Source of the DNA: Eukaryota sp. GEM-RC1
Lineage: Eukaryota
DNA length: 64,000 bases
Assembly: GCA_040285855.1 (NCBI GenBank)
Contig: JAUFOQ010000006.1
Coordinates: 1,116,001-1,180,000, forward strand
Reading direction: 5' to 3'
Shown: piece after piece, positions 11,052 to 24,130 of the stretch
Position numbering within the stretch: position 1 is the stretch's first letter
How the letters are laid out: each line of letters starts with the position of its first letter
Notes under the pieces: model-generated
The model's database searches: none
Told to the model about the DNA's origin: nothing
Seen by the model: the letters and a program-made list of their open reading frames with translations, nothing else
Translations under genes and position numbers: made by a program

Positions 11052-11760
11052 ATGCAAATCGGCTTAGAACAAGAAGTCCAAGGTCATCTACTCACCGTAA
11101 CCCTCATCCAACTAGTCCTCTCCTTAACTTTCCTTGCTCCCTCTGCTTCCTCCTTCGTGATTGCCCTCCCTATGTTAGCTCTTTCCTTAATCGGATTCAT
11201 TGGGGCAATCAAAGAGAAAAAGGACTTTCATTGGGCTCTTCTCCTTTTGTTGCTGCTCTCATGTATTACTCTTTATTCTAATTCTCCTCTACTCCTCCCT
11301 TCTTGTTAATAAACGTGTTCCTCTTGATAATCCTGTGATAGACCGACGTGAGCTGCAGCTGATTGGAATGAAGATCTCCTTGACTCTGTTTTTTCTTTCT
11401 CTTTTCAGTTTTGTCGAGTATAGTTTCCCTTATTTATTACCGTCACTTATGTGCATCTTCCCATGTTCTACCCTCAACCTGAAGCTTTCTTCTCATCCCT
11501 ACGAGTTTTTTCTCTCTTCTCTCTTTTGTTCCTCTCTTGCTCCCCAGTCTGCTTACTCCCCCTCACCTCCCACACCTCATGACTCTCCGCCAGAATGTGA
11601 ACCTGAAGAGCTTTGTAGGTATTGTTGTCATCGTAGGAGTGAAGTAGTGAGTTTGTCATGTGGACATTTATCTTTGTGTTTAAAGTGTCAGAATAGGACT
11701 AGGACTTGCCCTACTTGTGGAAGGCGGATGCGTAATGTTGTACACGTATTTAGGACGTAG
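11052..11760 (+). CDS. Multi-pass membrane protein with C-terminal RING finger (C3HC4_3 type), probable E3 ligase; frameshifted near 11220
   Basis: Overlapping ORFs 11052-11309 and 11200-11760; TM segments followed by CRYC...SCGHLSLCLKC...CPTC. Confidence 0.75.
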
Positions 11761-12484
11761 AGATCTTTTGATGTAGAAGTTTTTGTGTATTGGTTAAGGA
11801 ATTGAAGTTGGTTTATTGATTCTTTTGGAATTCTTTTGAATAAATCTGTTTCTATTGGTAGTATGTTGCTTGTTGACGTCAACTTGACATTATCATTGTA
11901 ATGTTGACAAAAGACATCTTTTTCTCGAGACTTGAACACTATTTTGATTTTCACTGCTAATTAAGGAACTATTCCAGCGTTACTTAATTTCTATTTCATC
12001 AATTTCTATTGAAACAACTACTAGAATGCACAGATTTTGGGAAAAGGCATTATCAATAAAAGCATTGAAAAAAATAGTTGAATTTGAGAATGCGAATAAA
12101 ATGTGTTCTAGTGTCATCAACAACTTCAATTGAAGCTTCAACACGAAAGTTTTTATGGCCCCTAAATGTGGTAATTCTTGATCTTTCTTTTGCTGATTTG
12201 ATTGCTAGACAGTATGTTACTACTTGTACTTGTAGTCTATTTGGTCATATACCTTGTTTAATGTACCAGTATTTGCTGCAAATAAGGTCCTCTTCTTATT
12301 CTGCCAATCATTCTGTCAATTCAAAGAGACGATATAGAATCGAAATACCACACCAACTCTAGTTTTTATATAAAATAGTTATATTTATTGACAAAACCAC
12401 AACAATGCTTTTAAAATCGAAAACGACGTTCTTCCAATCCAGAAACTGTCCCTTAAATTAGGATTAACAGCATACTGATCAAAA

Positions 12485-13515
12485 GTGTTGGTGGCTAGAC
12501 AACTTCGATTGGAATGGCGTACTGTTGCAACTTCTATAGGGGCTTTTGTTGTGGTGGTTTTTGCTATCGTTGCTTTCTTTCCGTTTCCCGTGGTGTCCTT
12601 CACTGCTCATATCGCTGAACACCCACTGGAGGTTTTCAAAAGTGTAGTTCAATATCCCGAGCATTATGTTGACACTGATATTGATGCCATTTGGCCTTCT
12701 ATGACAGACAATGGTTTCTATGTTTTGTCAGGACCCCCTGGAATAGGCAAGTCCGTGTCTCTTTTGAGCACTTGAAGAACAAGCACGTGATTTGGTTAGA
12801 TGCTCGAATTTCTCTCTGTGATAATCTTGCCGCATTAGGCTTCAACGTTGAAACTGATTCTGAGGCTGATTGTCGACGTATCATCCGTGCTGCTTTAAAC
12901 ACACAGAAGTTCGTTCTTGTTATTGACGATGCCCTCGCTGCACCCGAGGATTCTCCAGTTTTCAAACTTTATGTTAGATATGTTACAAAGAAACCCCAGT
13001 TTAGGATATTCCTGACTGTATCAAATGATAAGTTGTACTACGAAAAGCTCCACACACGTCTTAAACGAACAGCAATTGAGTTTTCAGTTCCGTATTCAAG
13101 TTCTGATGTGCTGGAAAAACTCTGCCAGAGTTACAACATATCAGGCTTGGAGTTTGATGACGTGCTGAGTAGAACTGGACCCTCATTGAGACTTGTTGAT
13201 GACTATTTACATAGGATTTCGTTGTTAAAACTCAAATGCGTGGCCGCCCAAAACGATTTGCGTCTCAACTTTAAACCTCACATACCTGTTTTGTTGGAAT
13301 TCACTCAGAAATTTACTAATGATTACGTTTCCCTCGATCTGTCAAAGTTATCCATGACTGAAGATCAGTTTGAGCTTCTTTTAACCAATAGTATTTTATC
13401 TGGAGACTATGAGTACGCTTTTTTCCATGATCCTATTATAAGAAGAGCAGCGTGTACATTGTTTGAGAGTTACAATTTACCATCTTGCAATGTCACTCTA
13501 TGTCATCAAATTTAG
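12485..13515 (+). CDS. Membrane-anchored P-loop (AAA-like) ATPase; frameshift at a T-run near 12764; start uncertain
   Basis: TM helix, Walker A GPPGIGKS, then in the next frame Walker B FVLVIDD. Confidence 0.7.
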
Positions 13516-15624
13516 ATTTAAGTTTGTTTTTTTATCTCTTTGTGTACTGTTAAAACATAACAAGTAAAAGTCTTCGTACTAAACGTAAATAATTAAATAT
13601 TTAAAAACAAATAAACAGACAAACGATCAAAATAATTCTATACTGTTGACCCCTCTGAATTTTTTCTTAGTACAATGAATTGGCGTGGATACAACCAATT
13701 TTTTTCAGTAAAGTATGAGACAGTTTTTGTTACAAAACCTAAACTTAAAAGAGAGTAATTGTGATAACTACCAAAATAGACTCGATTTTTTATTATTATT
13801 TATTAAAAATATACATGTGAGATAAGGTAGTTCAAAATTTCCAAATTTGAAATTTAGACTTTGAGGATATTGATTATTACATGTAGATGTATGTTTACTT
13901 TAGTGTTGTTGTCAATAGAAGGTGTTCATAAAAATCCATATGCTAGCTCTCGTTCTCTGATCAAAAATACCACTACGTTAACAGCTTGACTTCCAAATGT
14001 TTGAAAATGACGATAAACGAACAATCTTTCATTTTAACAGTAGTGAAACTGTTTCAATTTACAAGATGAGACAAAGTACCTGCTATAATTGATTTAGAGA
14101 AAGTTGTAACTCGGAACCTTGGTTTCTGTTCGGATTCAATTTAGTTATACGTCCACACAATTAAAGAGAAACTTCAAAAAATATTTGTCAGCATTTTATG
14201 TGTTAGCGAGAACGCTGTACTGAAAATGAATGTATAAGCGCCGTCTCGGTATATACTCGTAGAATATGATCAATTCACGAAATGATAATGGTTACAATGA
14301 ATCTAATCCAAAAAAAAGTTTTCTTACTAGTAAAGATTCATTCCTATGTCTGCAGATCGATAGGGATGAGATTAGAATAACAACTAAGCAAAGACTAGGG
14401 TTAGGAAAGAATTGGCACAGAAAGAATGAATAATCATATTTCCGTTGAGAGATAATGCGGAGTAAAGAGAGATTTATAGACCACGTGGCCATTTTGAAAA
14501 GGCATAGAAGTCGTTTTGAATAGTTCACTGAAGTAACTTTACGGTAGACCAATGGCCAACTTTTACACATGAATTCAAGGAGATCAGCACTTAGAGTTAG
14601 ACCAAAAGCGACGATCGCTCGAAAGGGGTCTGAAATGTAGATCAAGAAGGAATCGAAAAGTAAGTTTGGCACCAATAACACAGAACAAGATACTTGTGAC
14701 CCTAAGTAACAGAGACGTAAATATGCAGGGTGACTAACTTTATAAAAGGTTTCATGATAGATCAGGGTGTGATGATTCCATAGATACGATCGATCATCAG
14801 TTGTGAAGGATCCGCGGGTCTGTGGAAAACAGATAACCAAACAATTTGTGTAGATTCAAAATCATTAGCGGTCATGGCTAGATTGAAGTCTAGGCTAAGA
14901 TCGGTTCAAAAACAGCATCTGGAGAATCCAAAAACCAAAATAAATTTGCCATACGCGTATGGGCGTATGGACGTATGGTAGAATGGCAGAATGGCTGACA
15001 TCAAGCCATACTTTTGTTGTATCTAGTGGAATCTTTCCAACGTAACTTAACTTCATAATGTCTATATACCATCTCATACACTTCAATTTTGTTGTTCTTC
15101 AGCCAGGCATACCTCGTGCTTAAACAATTTGTCATCAAATTAGTAAAACTAGTAAGCTCTGTAGCATCGTGTGAAAGAGTTTGAGTACGTACTCATTAAT
15201 TCACAACAACGCCAAAGGTAATCTTGTTCTAACAATATCAATTTGTAAATACAAATTTGCACAAATCAAAAATACTAAGACTAATTCCAAACGACTTCAG
15301 TGGACGAGGTTTGAACAATAAAGTCATTTCGTCATTCATTATTTCGTTTAGTGAAGAAACTTTACAAGTTTGGTGTGAAGGTTATGTCGAAAAACGTAAT
15401 CATTTATGCAATTAGGCGGAACCTTTTGTTGAGTGTAGTTGACGTAATCTCATTAGGATGTCGTTGTTGTGGCAGATCAGGTGAACAATCTTCGACATTT
15501 TTGGGAAGTTACACTGTCTGTGAAAGTAGTAGTAGAGGGTTCATCGCGAGAAGACATGATTCACATATAGCAAAAATTTGCAAGTTTATTGATTCCCATT
15601 CAATAACAGCACTAAGGAATTTAC

Positions 15625-16673
15625 TAGGACTGTGCAGGTTCGGGTTTAGGTTTCAAACCTAGATAATCCTAAACCCAAAATCCATAAACCAAACCAAACC
15701 TAAACCTTCTTTAATTATACCAAACCAAACCAAAAGCTTTACATGTAGCTGCAGAAACGATTGAAAATGATAAACACTAAATTTCAAAAACCCTATGACT
15801 CTGATTTACATCTTATATGAACGATCTTAACGCTTCTATTGATGCTTCTTCTCGGTATCCAAGCAACTTCTGTTTGTTGTGAACAAGTTATTTCTGCTGG
15901 ACGCACTAGTTACAGGGTACAGAGCTTCTATGTCCGCCAAGCACTTGTCAGTCAGAAGGATTGGCGCCGATTATTTGAAAAAGAATAATAGCTCTACTAG
16001 TAGTTGTTTGTGATACTCGAGCAGTGATTTAATAATAAGGCTTATCTAGTACCATTGTTAAAAAGTATTTCTTTTGACAGTGTTCCACTATACTGTACTA
16101 CCGTGTATATTAAACCAATAATTCTATTTGAAGACGCAAACTTACCACGGACAATGTACACTGACCAAAACTAGAAGACACTAGTCAAAGTATCTGAACT
16201 AAAGTCCACCTGACTAGAATCAAACAATTTACGTAAAATAAAATTGAAATATCTAAACATCGACAGAAACAAAGCAAAAGTCATTCTTGATAGCCAGAAT
16301 CCCGCATTGAACACCTTTCCATTCTCTGACCACAATTTTCCGAAAGAAACTAAAAATTGGTGTATCAATATTACCATAAAGTCACATAGTAAAAGGCTGA
16401 AAAACAAAATAAGTATATCTATCAGCATTCAGCCTAATAATTGCGTCACCATATTTTGTGTCCTTACCATTTTCCGCAGTCTTGAGAGATGAATAATTTT
16501 CATCTAAAACTAATATACGTGTATATCAATTCATAAAATATTCCAGGTTTACTGGGATTGAACCTGAACCTTTTCTTACCAAACCTAGCTGAACCTAAAC
16601 CTAAAACTTGAAAACTCAGCGAAACCTACACCCATTTTTGGAAAAACAAACCAAAACCAGGTTCGGGGTTTGA
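15625..16673. mobile_element. hAT-like MITE, copy 2 (right TIR truncated), with a nested retroelement fragment
   Basis: Starts TAGGACTGTGCAGGTTCGGGTTT. Colinear with 176-760 apart from an insert of about 400 bp (~16110-16510). Confidence 0.75.
16171..16400 (-). mobile_element. REL/CRE-type retroelement 3' fragment
   Basis: Peptide GKVFNAGFWLSRMTFALF matches GKVFNENFWLSRLTFALF at 28085-28327. Confidence 0.75.
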
Positions 16674-17506
16674 AGAGTTCAGCACAAATGAAACTACTTT
16701 TTCTCGGACGAATCATTGGTCTAGGTGCATTCTTTCTTCATGGTGAGCACCAGGTCAAAGGCAAGGGCAACTGCTTCACTACCTTTGGAAAAGAGTCACT
16801 AAAACACACAACTTGTACTTCAACTTCAACATCAAGTGTCATTCGTTCTAAATCTGTTGTACCAAATACAACAACCTGCGTTCCTCTTGCTTCGAATCGT
16901 GTTACAGCTGCCGACAGAATCTCTAATCTTGAGCGGAACATGGCCGAAATCCGATCTTCTTTGGAACTGTTGTGTAAACTTCTAGAACGTCAACCATGAG
17001 TTAGGTCTAATTTCATAAATTTAGTGAACATAGATGAACCAAACTGATTTTTGCCAAAAGGCAATCTTGTTCTAAAAATATCAATTTGTGAATACAAAGT
17101 TGTACAATTACATAATACTAAGACAATTCCAAACGACTTCAGTGGACGAGGTGTGAACAATATTGTCATTTCGTCATTCGTCTTTTAGTTTAGTGAAGAA
17201 ACTTTACTATTACGCTGTGAAGGTTATGTCGAAAAACATAATCATTTATCGGATTTTTATGTGTGTTTCAATTTATTGACAACAACACTGACCAACAAAG
17301 TCCAAGATGTTTTTTCTTTTCAATCTTCACAGCGTATATACAAATGGGAAGAACAAGCAATAAATATATTGATAGCCACTTAAACCTATTTAATTCACAG
17401 TCTACCAATAGACCTACTACTTGATTAAGTGAATCAATCCGATCAATTAAAAAGATTGGTGACGTCATCAAACACTACACACTAAAAACCAGACCAATAA
17501 TACTCT

Positions 17507-19647
17507 TTACAAAAGACCATTGTTGGCTCTGGAATCTAAAATTTGGTGGACATGATTTGACAATTTTGAAATTTCATCGTCATTTTGTTCCACTTCATAC
17601 ATTGAAATCGAATACTTAGACCTCACCTCAACATGAGCATTGGCTTTTTTCAACAAAGAAACACAAATATCCCTCTCAGGAAACAAAACATATGCCTTTA
17701 AATTAGAAAAAGCAACGGAAAACAAATGAAAATCGTACTCCAACAAATCTTTAAAAACCTGCATAACATTATGAATTTTAACCTCAACATTCTCATATAG
17801 AATTCTCTGCACCACCAGAATCCTCTCCTCATCAGCATGCACAACCATGTCATTAAAAGGAATAACAAAGGGAAGTGCAAGGGTAGAAAGAAGAGGAGGT
17901 TTAGGAGATGGTCTATTCTTTTAATAATAATTCCATCGGACAATAGTTCTGATGAATAACCCCAAACTAGAGCATACTTCTCAACAAACTTCTTTTTAGA
18001 TACAGACTTAGGTCCTGAACCAGTGTGTACAACACCTTTACAGTGACCATTCTTAGAGTGATAAAGAGTCAAAAAAACCTTCTCCACGTCATCAATCAAA
18101 TCAACCTGATACCTGGCCTCAATCAAAAGGTCAGAATCAGCGTAATCATCCACGTCATCAGTCGAAATCACGACATTAGACAACCCCAGAGCAGAAGCCA
18201 GCCTAGCATTCCTCAAAGATCTCTCAATCTGTTCTCTACAACTCTCATCACACGTCAACTCAGTCGAAGATCCGCACTCAGCAACCTCAGATTGTCTACC
18301 ACACTCACAGGAGAACTTCTTTGAAACAAGGCAAGTACCAACTGATTGACAGTCGAGCTCAGGATGACATTGGTACTCACACAAATGACCACAACTTCTT
18401 TTACGATGACACTGTTTCTGACAGGGCCCAAGTGAATTCTCTTGATATTCATAGCAGTTACTTCTAGAACACAAGCACTTTTCATCACATAAATGATACA
18501 TGCAACGAAGTAAACGATTACACTTAGTTGAACAAGTGGGAGGTGTTCTTGAACATGGCCAGAAAGACACACGTGTTTGTTGGCATTTACAGAGGACTGT
18601 ACTAGGTATATTGCAAGGAGGGCATGGGGTGGCTTTTGAGTGACAGTCGTGGTAATTAGGGTGATTGCAATCAGATTTGATTGGGCACTGTTTTAGGCAA
18701 GTGGGCGGTTGATCTCCACATAATAAGTTATCAACTACTACAGACCCACAAACACACTGATAATGACCCGTGTTGACGTCACAATCACGACACTTTCCTG
18801 AATGGCAAAGTGATTGACAGTGATGACGTTTACAATTCAACAGCTTTGAACACACTTGAAAGCACATATGTTCAGACTCAGAACAACACTGCTTGTTACA
18901 GACGTGTTTCTTACAAGACAACTTTTGCCGGCAGAAGTTCCTACACTGCAACTTCCCCGCAACTTCTGTACATCGCGTGGGATCTACCTCCTTTCCACAC
19001 CTACACACCCCCGCTGTACTCCGGGGTACTGAAACGTCAGAAGGACGAGAAGCAGTTGCAATGAGAGAATCAAAGAAGTTGTCAGAAGTAGAGGCTTTGG
19101 AGATGAGAGATTTAGACACTATTTGCTTAGAAGGAGTAGGCAAGGGAGTGTTACAAGAGCAAGGAGGAACGTGGCAAGCACCGGGATGACAGGGAAGACT
19201 GCAGGTAATGGAACAGGTTTGGCAGAGGAAGGCGTTGCAGGTGGAACCACAGGCATGGGGGATGAAGGGATCGTTGCAGTCACGTTGGTGGTTTTTACCA
19301 CAGAAACAATGGGCTAGAGCAAAGTTTTGGTGAGGGTGATTGCAGAGAGGGCATTTGTAGGATGTTGTAGCGTTACCATGATCATCTGCAGTGGTTTTCT
19401 GTCCAGCAGAGGACCACTCACGGATGCAGTGAAGATGAAAGATATGGTGACAAGAAGAACAAGAGGAGACGAGCTGGGAGCGTTTAAGCTTGCACAGACA
19501 AATGCCACATTCTGCTGATTGTCGTACTAGTTCGGTGATTATAGAAACAGTTCTAGAAGGAAAGGGAATAGGACTGGGAGGTAACTTAACAGGAGAAGGC
19601 TCAGGACGGCCTTTAGGTTGTTTCTTGCGGTTGCTTTTAGGAGGCAT
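17507..19647 (-). CDS. NFX1: NF-X1/NFXL1-like RING plus NF-X1 zinc-finger protein; frameshift at an A-run near 17920
   Basis: RING CGIC...CHHIFHLHCIREW...CPLC, then repeated NF-X1 fingers (CHPGAC, LNCKRHHCQSLCHSGKC), then RNARLASALG. Confidence 0.9.
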
Positions 19648-19763
19648 TGAACGTGAAAAGAACAATCCAGATTTGTTCTTCAACTTCACTTCACAAACGA
19701 GTCGTCTTTCAGTATCGTTTCCAACCTAGGTGTTACAGCATCTCTGTTATCTAGAACTAATTC

Positions 19764-20831
19764 ATGGAAGTTGTCTCTTCCCTAGTTATACACGATAGAT
19801 CTTCACAAACACTCTTCTGTAAACTTCTACAACTCCTACCCACCTTTAGTGACAATGTAGTATTCTCTTTCTCCTCCTCATTTGCCATCTACTGTCTTGA
19901 AATCGGTTCCTTCTCTGTTTTAGGACAGTTCTTCTTTGAACCTCTCTTTGGTACCTACAGTTCCCAAGTCCACACTCCTCCAATCTACCTAGACATCCTC
20001 AACATACGTGACGTTGCCTCCTTCCTCAATCCTTCTCTCATCAAGAACACCAACTCCATTACTCTCCATCTTGACTCCTCCTTCCACCTCTCTATCACGG
20101 TGGATCTCCATGGCTTCAAGGTACGTCGTTCTTATGTAGTTGGAACTAACCCACGTGATGACTTTCCCCCTCTAGATACCTCATGTGTGGTCCACAACAT
20201 TCTCTTAAGAGCAGACTCAATGGTTAACCTTGCCAAGTACCTCCCAAAGGTAGAGATGACATACTTTATTCTTGGAGATACCTCCATCCAATCAAACTCG
20301 AGTCATTTAAGGACAAAATTAACTCGCGAGTTTTCTCAGGCTGATGATCACGTCACCACGTCTTGCCACGTGGTGCTTAGTCTTGAGAATGAGATTGAGC
20401 AGGTTTCATTGGATAGTAGAAATGCAATCGTGATTGGTCTTCAAAAGTCTTGGCTGCTTCGTGTATTGAAACTCTTCAATCAAATGTCGTCAGCAAATCT
20501 ATCAATTCTATTGGACACGGGTGGAACTAGAGCTAAATTCTCTGGCACCAGTCATTTAAACACAATCCACTTTGATCTCTTCTCCCAATCAGATGTGCCT
20601 GGAGTCACGTCAGAGCCAATCGAAGTGATCTCTTTAACTGATCCTATTGAATCACCTTCTTCTGTGTCTTCTTCTATTGGGAATAGGAATTCTTCTGTAC
20701 AGGTGCCGTTGTTAGCTACACCGGCATCTCAATCAGAGTTCCTTCGTACACCTCCACCAATAGCTGGTTCTGCTTGTTCTATTCCTGACTCCTTTTCTCC
20801 AACACCTAAGAGGACGCGAATTGAGTTTTGA
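19764..20831 (+). CDS. Probable Rad9-family (9-1-1 checkpoint clamp) subunit
   Basis: About 270-aa PCNA-like alpha/beta pattern (F.KLLQ.L......V.F, F.F..LF..Y) plus an S/T-P-rich disordered tail. Recognised by eye only. Confidence 0.5.
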   Translation: MEVVSSLVIHDRSSQTLFCKLLQLLPTFSDNVVFSFSSSFAIYCLEIGSFSVLGQFFFEPLFGTYSSQVHTPPIYLDILNIRDVASFLNPSLIKNTNSITLHLDSSFHLSITVDLHGFKVRRSYVVGTNPRDDFPPLDTSCVVHNILLRADSMVNLAKYLPKVEMTYFILGDTSIQSNSSHLRTKLTREFSQADDHVTTSCHVVLSLENEIEQVSLDSRNAIVIGLQKSWLLRVLKLFNQMSSANLSILLDTGGTRAKFSGTSHLNTIHFDLFSQSDVPGVTSEPIEVISLTDPIESPSSVSSSIGNRNSSVQVPLLATPASQSEFLRTPPPIAGSACSIPDSFSPTPKRTRIEF

Positions 20832-21636
20832 CCTGATTTGAGCTCTCTTTTTTGGAAAGGGAAAGTGATTGGTGACGTTTTTGATTGGTTTTCTTTTTAA
20901 AATACTGTTAAACTGATTCAATGGTCATTTAGTTGAGGATCTTATAGTTGTTTTTACTCAAACTATATGCACCGTAATGACTTCCAATCCTTTTTTTAAA
21001 TATTTAAATGTACTTGTCTTCTTGTTATCTACATTAATAGTTTTCACAACGTTGGATTTCTTTTTGTTGTACAACGAAGCTGTAGTTTCATCAAAATAAA
21101 ATATTTTCCTTTTATTTTAAAATGGGGTACAATCCTATAGCACCTTATGGTTTCCAGGGTCTATGTAAGAACATGAAGAGAATGGAAAAAGAAACATAAT
21201 TGAGTTTGAGTATAAGCACACAACATTAAACTAAGAATATAACTGATTAAAACAAACTATCAATTCTTACAACATCTTGTAATCTTGTAACACGTCAACA
21301 AGATTGTTCATTGTTTTCAACAATTTCAGAAAGGACAAGATGTTCTTTGTTTTCCCTCTGATTTTGAGAAAGTTGTCAAAAAAAAGAATGAACAAGAAAT
21401 TTGATTTTAAGTTTTGGTTGAATAGTATTGCTTTTACAATATTTGAAACAATTCCTATTATGATTTCAAACGCTCTATTAGATCTTAGAATTTTTCATGA
21501 AGAAAATGCTGATGTGAGTTTTAAAGGCAGTGGATGTTGCTTTAATTATATTGAGTTCTAGTTTTTGTATTTATCTTACTGTTTTTGTTCCATGAACTTT
21601 AAAACAAATTCAGAATGGAGGAATTTCAATTTTTCA

Positions 21637-22241
21637 ATGCAAGCCTCATACAACGCTGCCCTTACTCATTTTGAGCCTAAGTTCAAATCAATACCTGAAG
21701 CTGCAGTCTTAGAGCAGATTCTGAAAGCTATTTTGTTACCGCTTCTTCACCAGAAGCAGCATGTGAAGAAATGACTCAAAATCTTGAACTTCTAGAGCTT
21801 CTCCAAAATCCTTCCCCAGAGCATCAAGCCCCTGAACCTTTACCACAACCCATCGCAAGGCCACTCGCTGAACAACAACGAGAATCTGCAGACCTTGATC
21901 TTATTCAAGGTATTGACTCACTGGAATCTCTTCTAAACATCAAAATCAACATACATACCGTGACCCACAAACTACAAGTGGAGAACAAAGGCAAAGTTGC
22001 TCTCCAAAAGTTTCTATTGGCAATCGACTCACGCATTGAAGATTTGATAAGTAAAGAGGATTCAACCATTGACATGAGCGAAAAGACTTTAGATGAACTA
22101 ATGACAAAGCTGGATTCAGCTCCCTTGCGTGTAACTAATCTTTCTCAATCCACAGATATATCCAGGTTCTTCGACATCTGTCACGATTTCAGGATAATAG
22201 AAGATCCCGAGAATCGTGATTTCTATGTTCTGTCCAAATAA
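21637..22241 (+). CDS. Hypothetical protein (frameshifted, possibly a pseudogene)
   Basis: Adjacent ORFs 21565-21774 and 21771-22241 with protein-like composition; no recognised domain. Confidence 0.35.
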
Positions 22242-22395
22242 ACCTCTGTTGTATTACAGATAAACCTTTTTTCTCAAAGATACAGTAGTTGTCTGACAAG
22301 CTAGATGAAATGTCAGTATTGTGTATTCTAAATATTTAGATGGCGATCACAGAAAATGTGTTGTTAACAATACACTACAATCGTCACAATAAGTA

Positions 22396-23176
22396 CACTC
22401 CGGGAAATATTTTTATCTCACTGAGACTAATTCTGTACTCGAGATTTAAAATTAGTCTCGGCAAATCTCACTGAGACTAATTCTGTACTCGAGATTTAAA
22501 ATTAGTCTCGGCAAATCTCACTGAGACTAATTTTGTACTCGAGATTTAAAATTAGTCTCGGCAAATCTCAGTGAGACTAATTTTGTACTCGAGATTTAAA
22601 ATTAGTCTCGGCAAGTCTCACTGATACTAATTCTGTACTCGAGATTTAAAATTAGTCTCGGCAAATCTCAGTGAGACTAATTTTGTACTGAGACTATTTT
22701 CCACAATTGTTGAAGTGTTAAAACCGACTTCACAACTCCGATTTGCTCACGAGCATACCAATGATCGTTAATCAATCAGTCACCCTCAACTTATGATAGC
22801 ACACTTTTTTCTTGATGATTAACGGTTGGAACATGAATTTGATCTCGTTTAAAAGAGTTTCGAATTGTGTCGGAAGTCAATGTTACTGAAAACGTGTAGT
22901 CCTGGCCACAAATAGAATAATACGAGATCTAGATTGAGTTGTATACAGTCAACTCGCCGAACTACTTCGTTTCAGCTGTTTGTTGTTAGTACGGTATATC
23001 TATGGAAACTGTAAAGAACAGGTTAATTGAAAAAAGTGGTTGTATTTTGAAATTGTAGGACAAAAATAGTCTCACAAGAACATTTTTCAAAGAAAAGGTA
23101 AGACGAAATTGGTCTCAGTGAGACTAATTTTGTACTGAGACTAATTCTGCAGTGAGACTAAATGTTTCCTGGTTTG
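22396..23176. mobile_element. TA-flanked TIR element (Tc1/mariner-like MITE) containing a 50-bp tandem array
   Basis: Ends CACTCCGGGAAATATTT and AAATGTTTCCTGGTTTG with TA on each side; GAGACTAATT/AATTAGTCTC motifs. Relative at 27213-27450. Confidence 0.7.
22421..22695. repeat. 50-bp tandem repeat, about 5.5 copies, each with an internal inverted repeat
   Basis: Unit CTGAGACTAATTYTGTACTCGAGATTTAAAATTAGTCTCGGCAAATCTCA begins at 22421, 22471, 22521, 22571, 22621 and (partial) 22671. Confidence 0.95.
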
Positions 23177-23619
23177 TACTTGTCGTCTAATTCATAATAT
23201 TTAAAAATAGTGTTGCATGTGGCAAGGTTTTTTTGGGATCGGTTTTTGAAGACCACCCATGTCAAAAATATATGTCTCCCGAAACGTTTTCGAAACGTGT
23301 TTTTACAGGTTTCATTCTTTTCAATTTTCACCAGGCTCGTAAAACTGTGGTCCAGAAATAAACAACGGCGTTTAAGAAATGCTCATTCAGTGGTTATCAC
23401 TTTAGAAATTGCTATTGAAGCAATTAAATCCCATTAATTTAAATAAACAGATAATTGGGTCAATTGGTCTCAGTATAATAAGACCACACACTAATTAGTC
23501 ATTACTACTGTAGATGTCAGACTGATTGTGAATTCGAGCTGCTTCTGTGTCCAGTTATATTACGTTAGGAGTCTGGATCTCCATTTTATCCTCGTTGAAT
23601 TACACAAATGTTTGTTTGT

Positions 23620-24130
23620 TACCCAAAAGGTAACCTTCCTACCAAAATATGAGTTTGTACAAACATACAAATAATACTAAGACAATACACAAACAACTGC
23701 AATGCAGTTACTGCATCTTTATCCGGTAAAAGATTCCGATTTTCAATCTTATCACTCACACCAAACTTGTACAACTTCTCAACCAATCGAGAGAAATAGA
23801 ACGGCATGTCCGATAGATGCAAAACACATTACGGTTTTTCCATTCAGACATTCTAAACATACGCTTCTTTTCATTACAAAATTCTTCAAAACCCTTAAAA
23901 AATTGATCAGAAACAAGACTAATCGATCCAAAAGGAGAAACAGCAAAATGTTGAAACACAAATTTGGAGTTTGTTCCATTTATTTATTATTTGCACTTAT
24001 GAGTCATACTTGGAATGCTTGAGCTTTTCACCAGCTTAACCGATTAAAAGAAGAATCTACTAACACAAGATTTGTTACAAACATCCAATGTTGTAAAATC
24101 CATTAATGATTGACTCGATGTAAGGCAAGG
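23620..24130 (-). mobile_element. REL/CRE-type retroelement 3' fragment (family B)
   Basis: FQHFAVSPFGSIS...WKNRNVFCIY parallels FQPFAMSIYGNIG...WLSRLTFALF. Related ends at ~15213-15410, ~17055-17250 and ~48290-48450. Confidence 0.7.

Noticed and set aside
14292..15086. ORFs 14292-14840 and 14895-15086 as genes
   Set aside because: No recognisable domain, non-ATG starts, and the region looks degenerate.
22421..22695. Possible CRISPR array
   Set aside because: Units are contiguous near-identical 50-mers with no unique spacers, there are no cas genes, and the array lies inside a TIR element in eukaryotic DNA.
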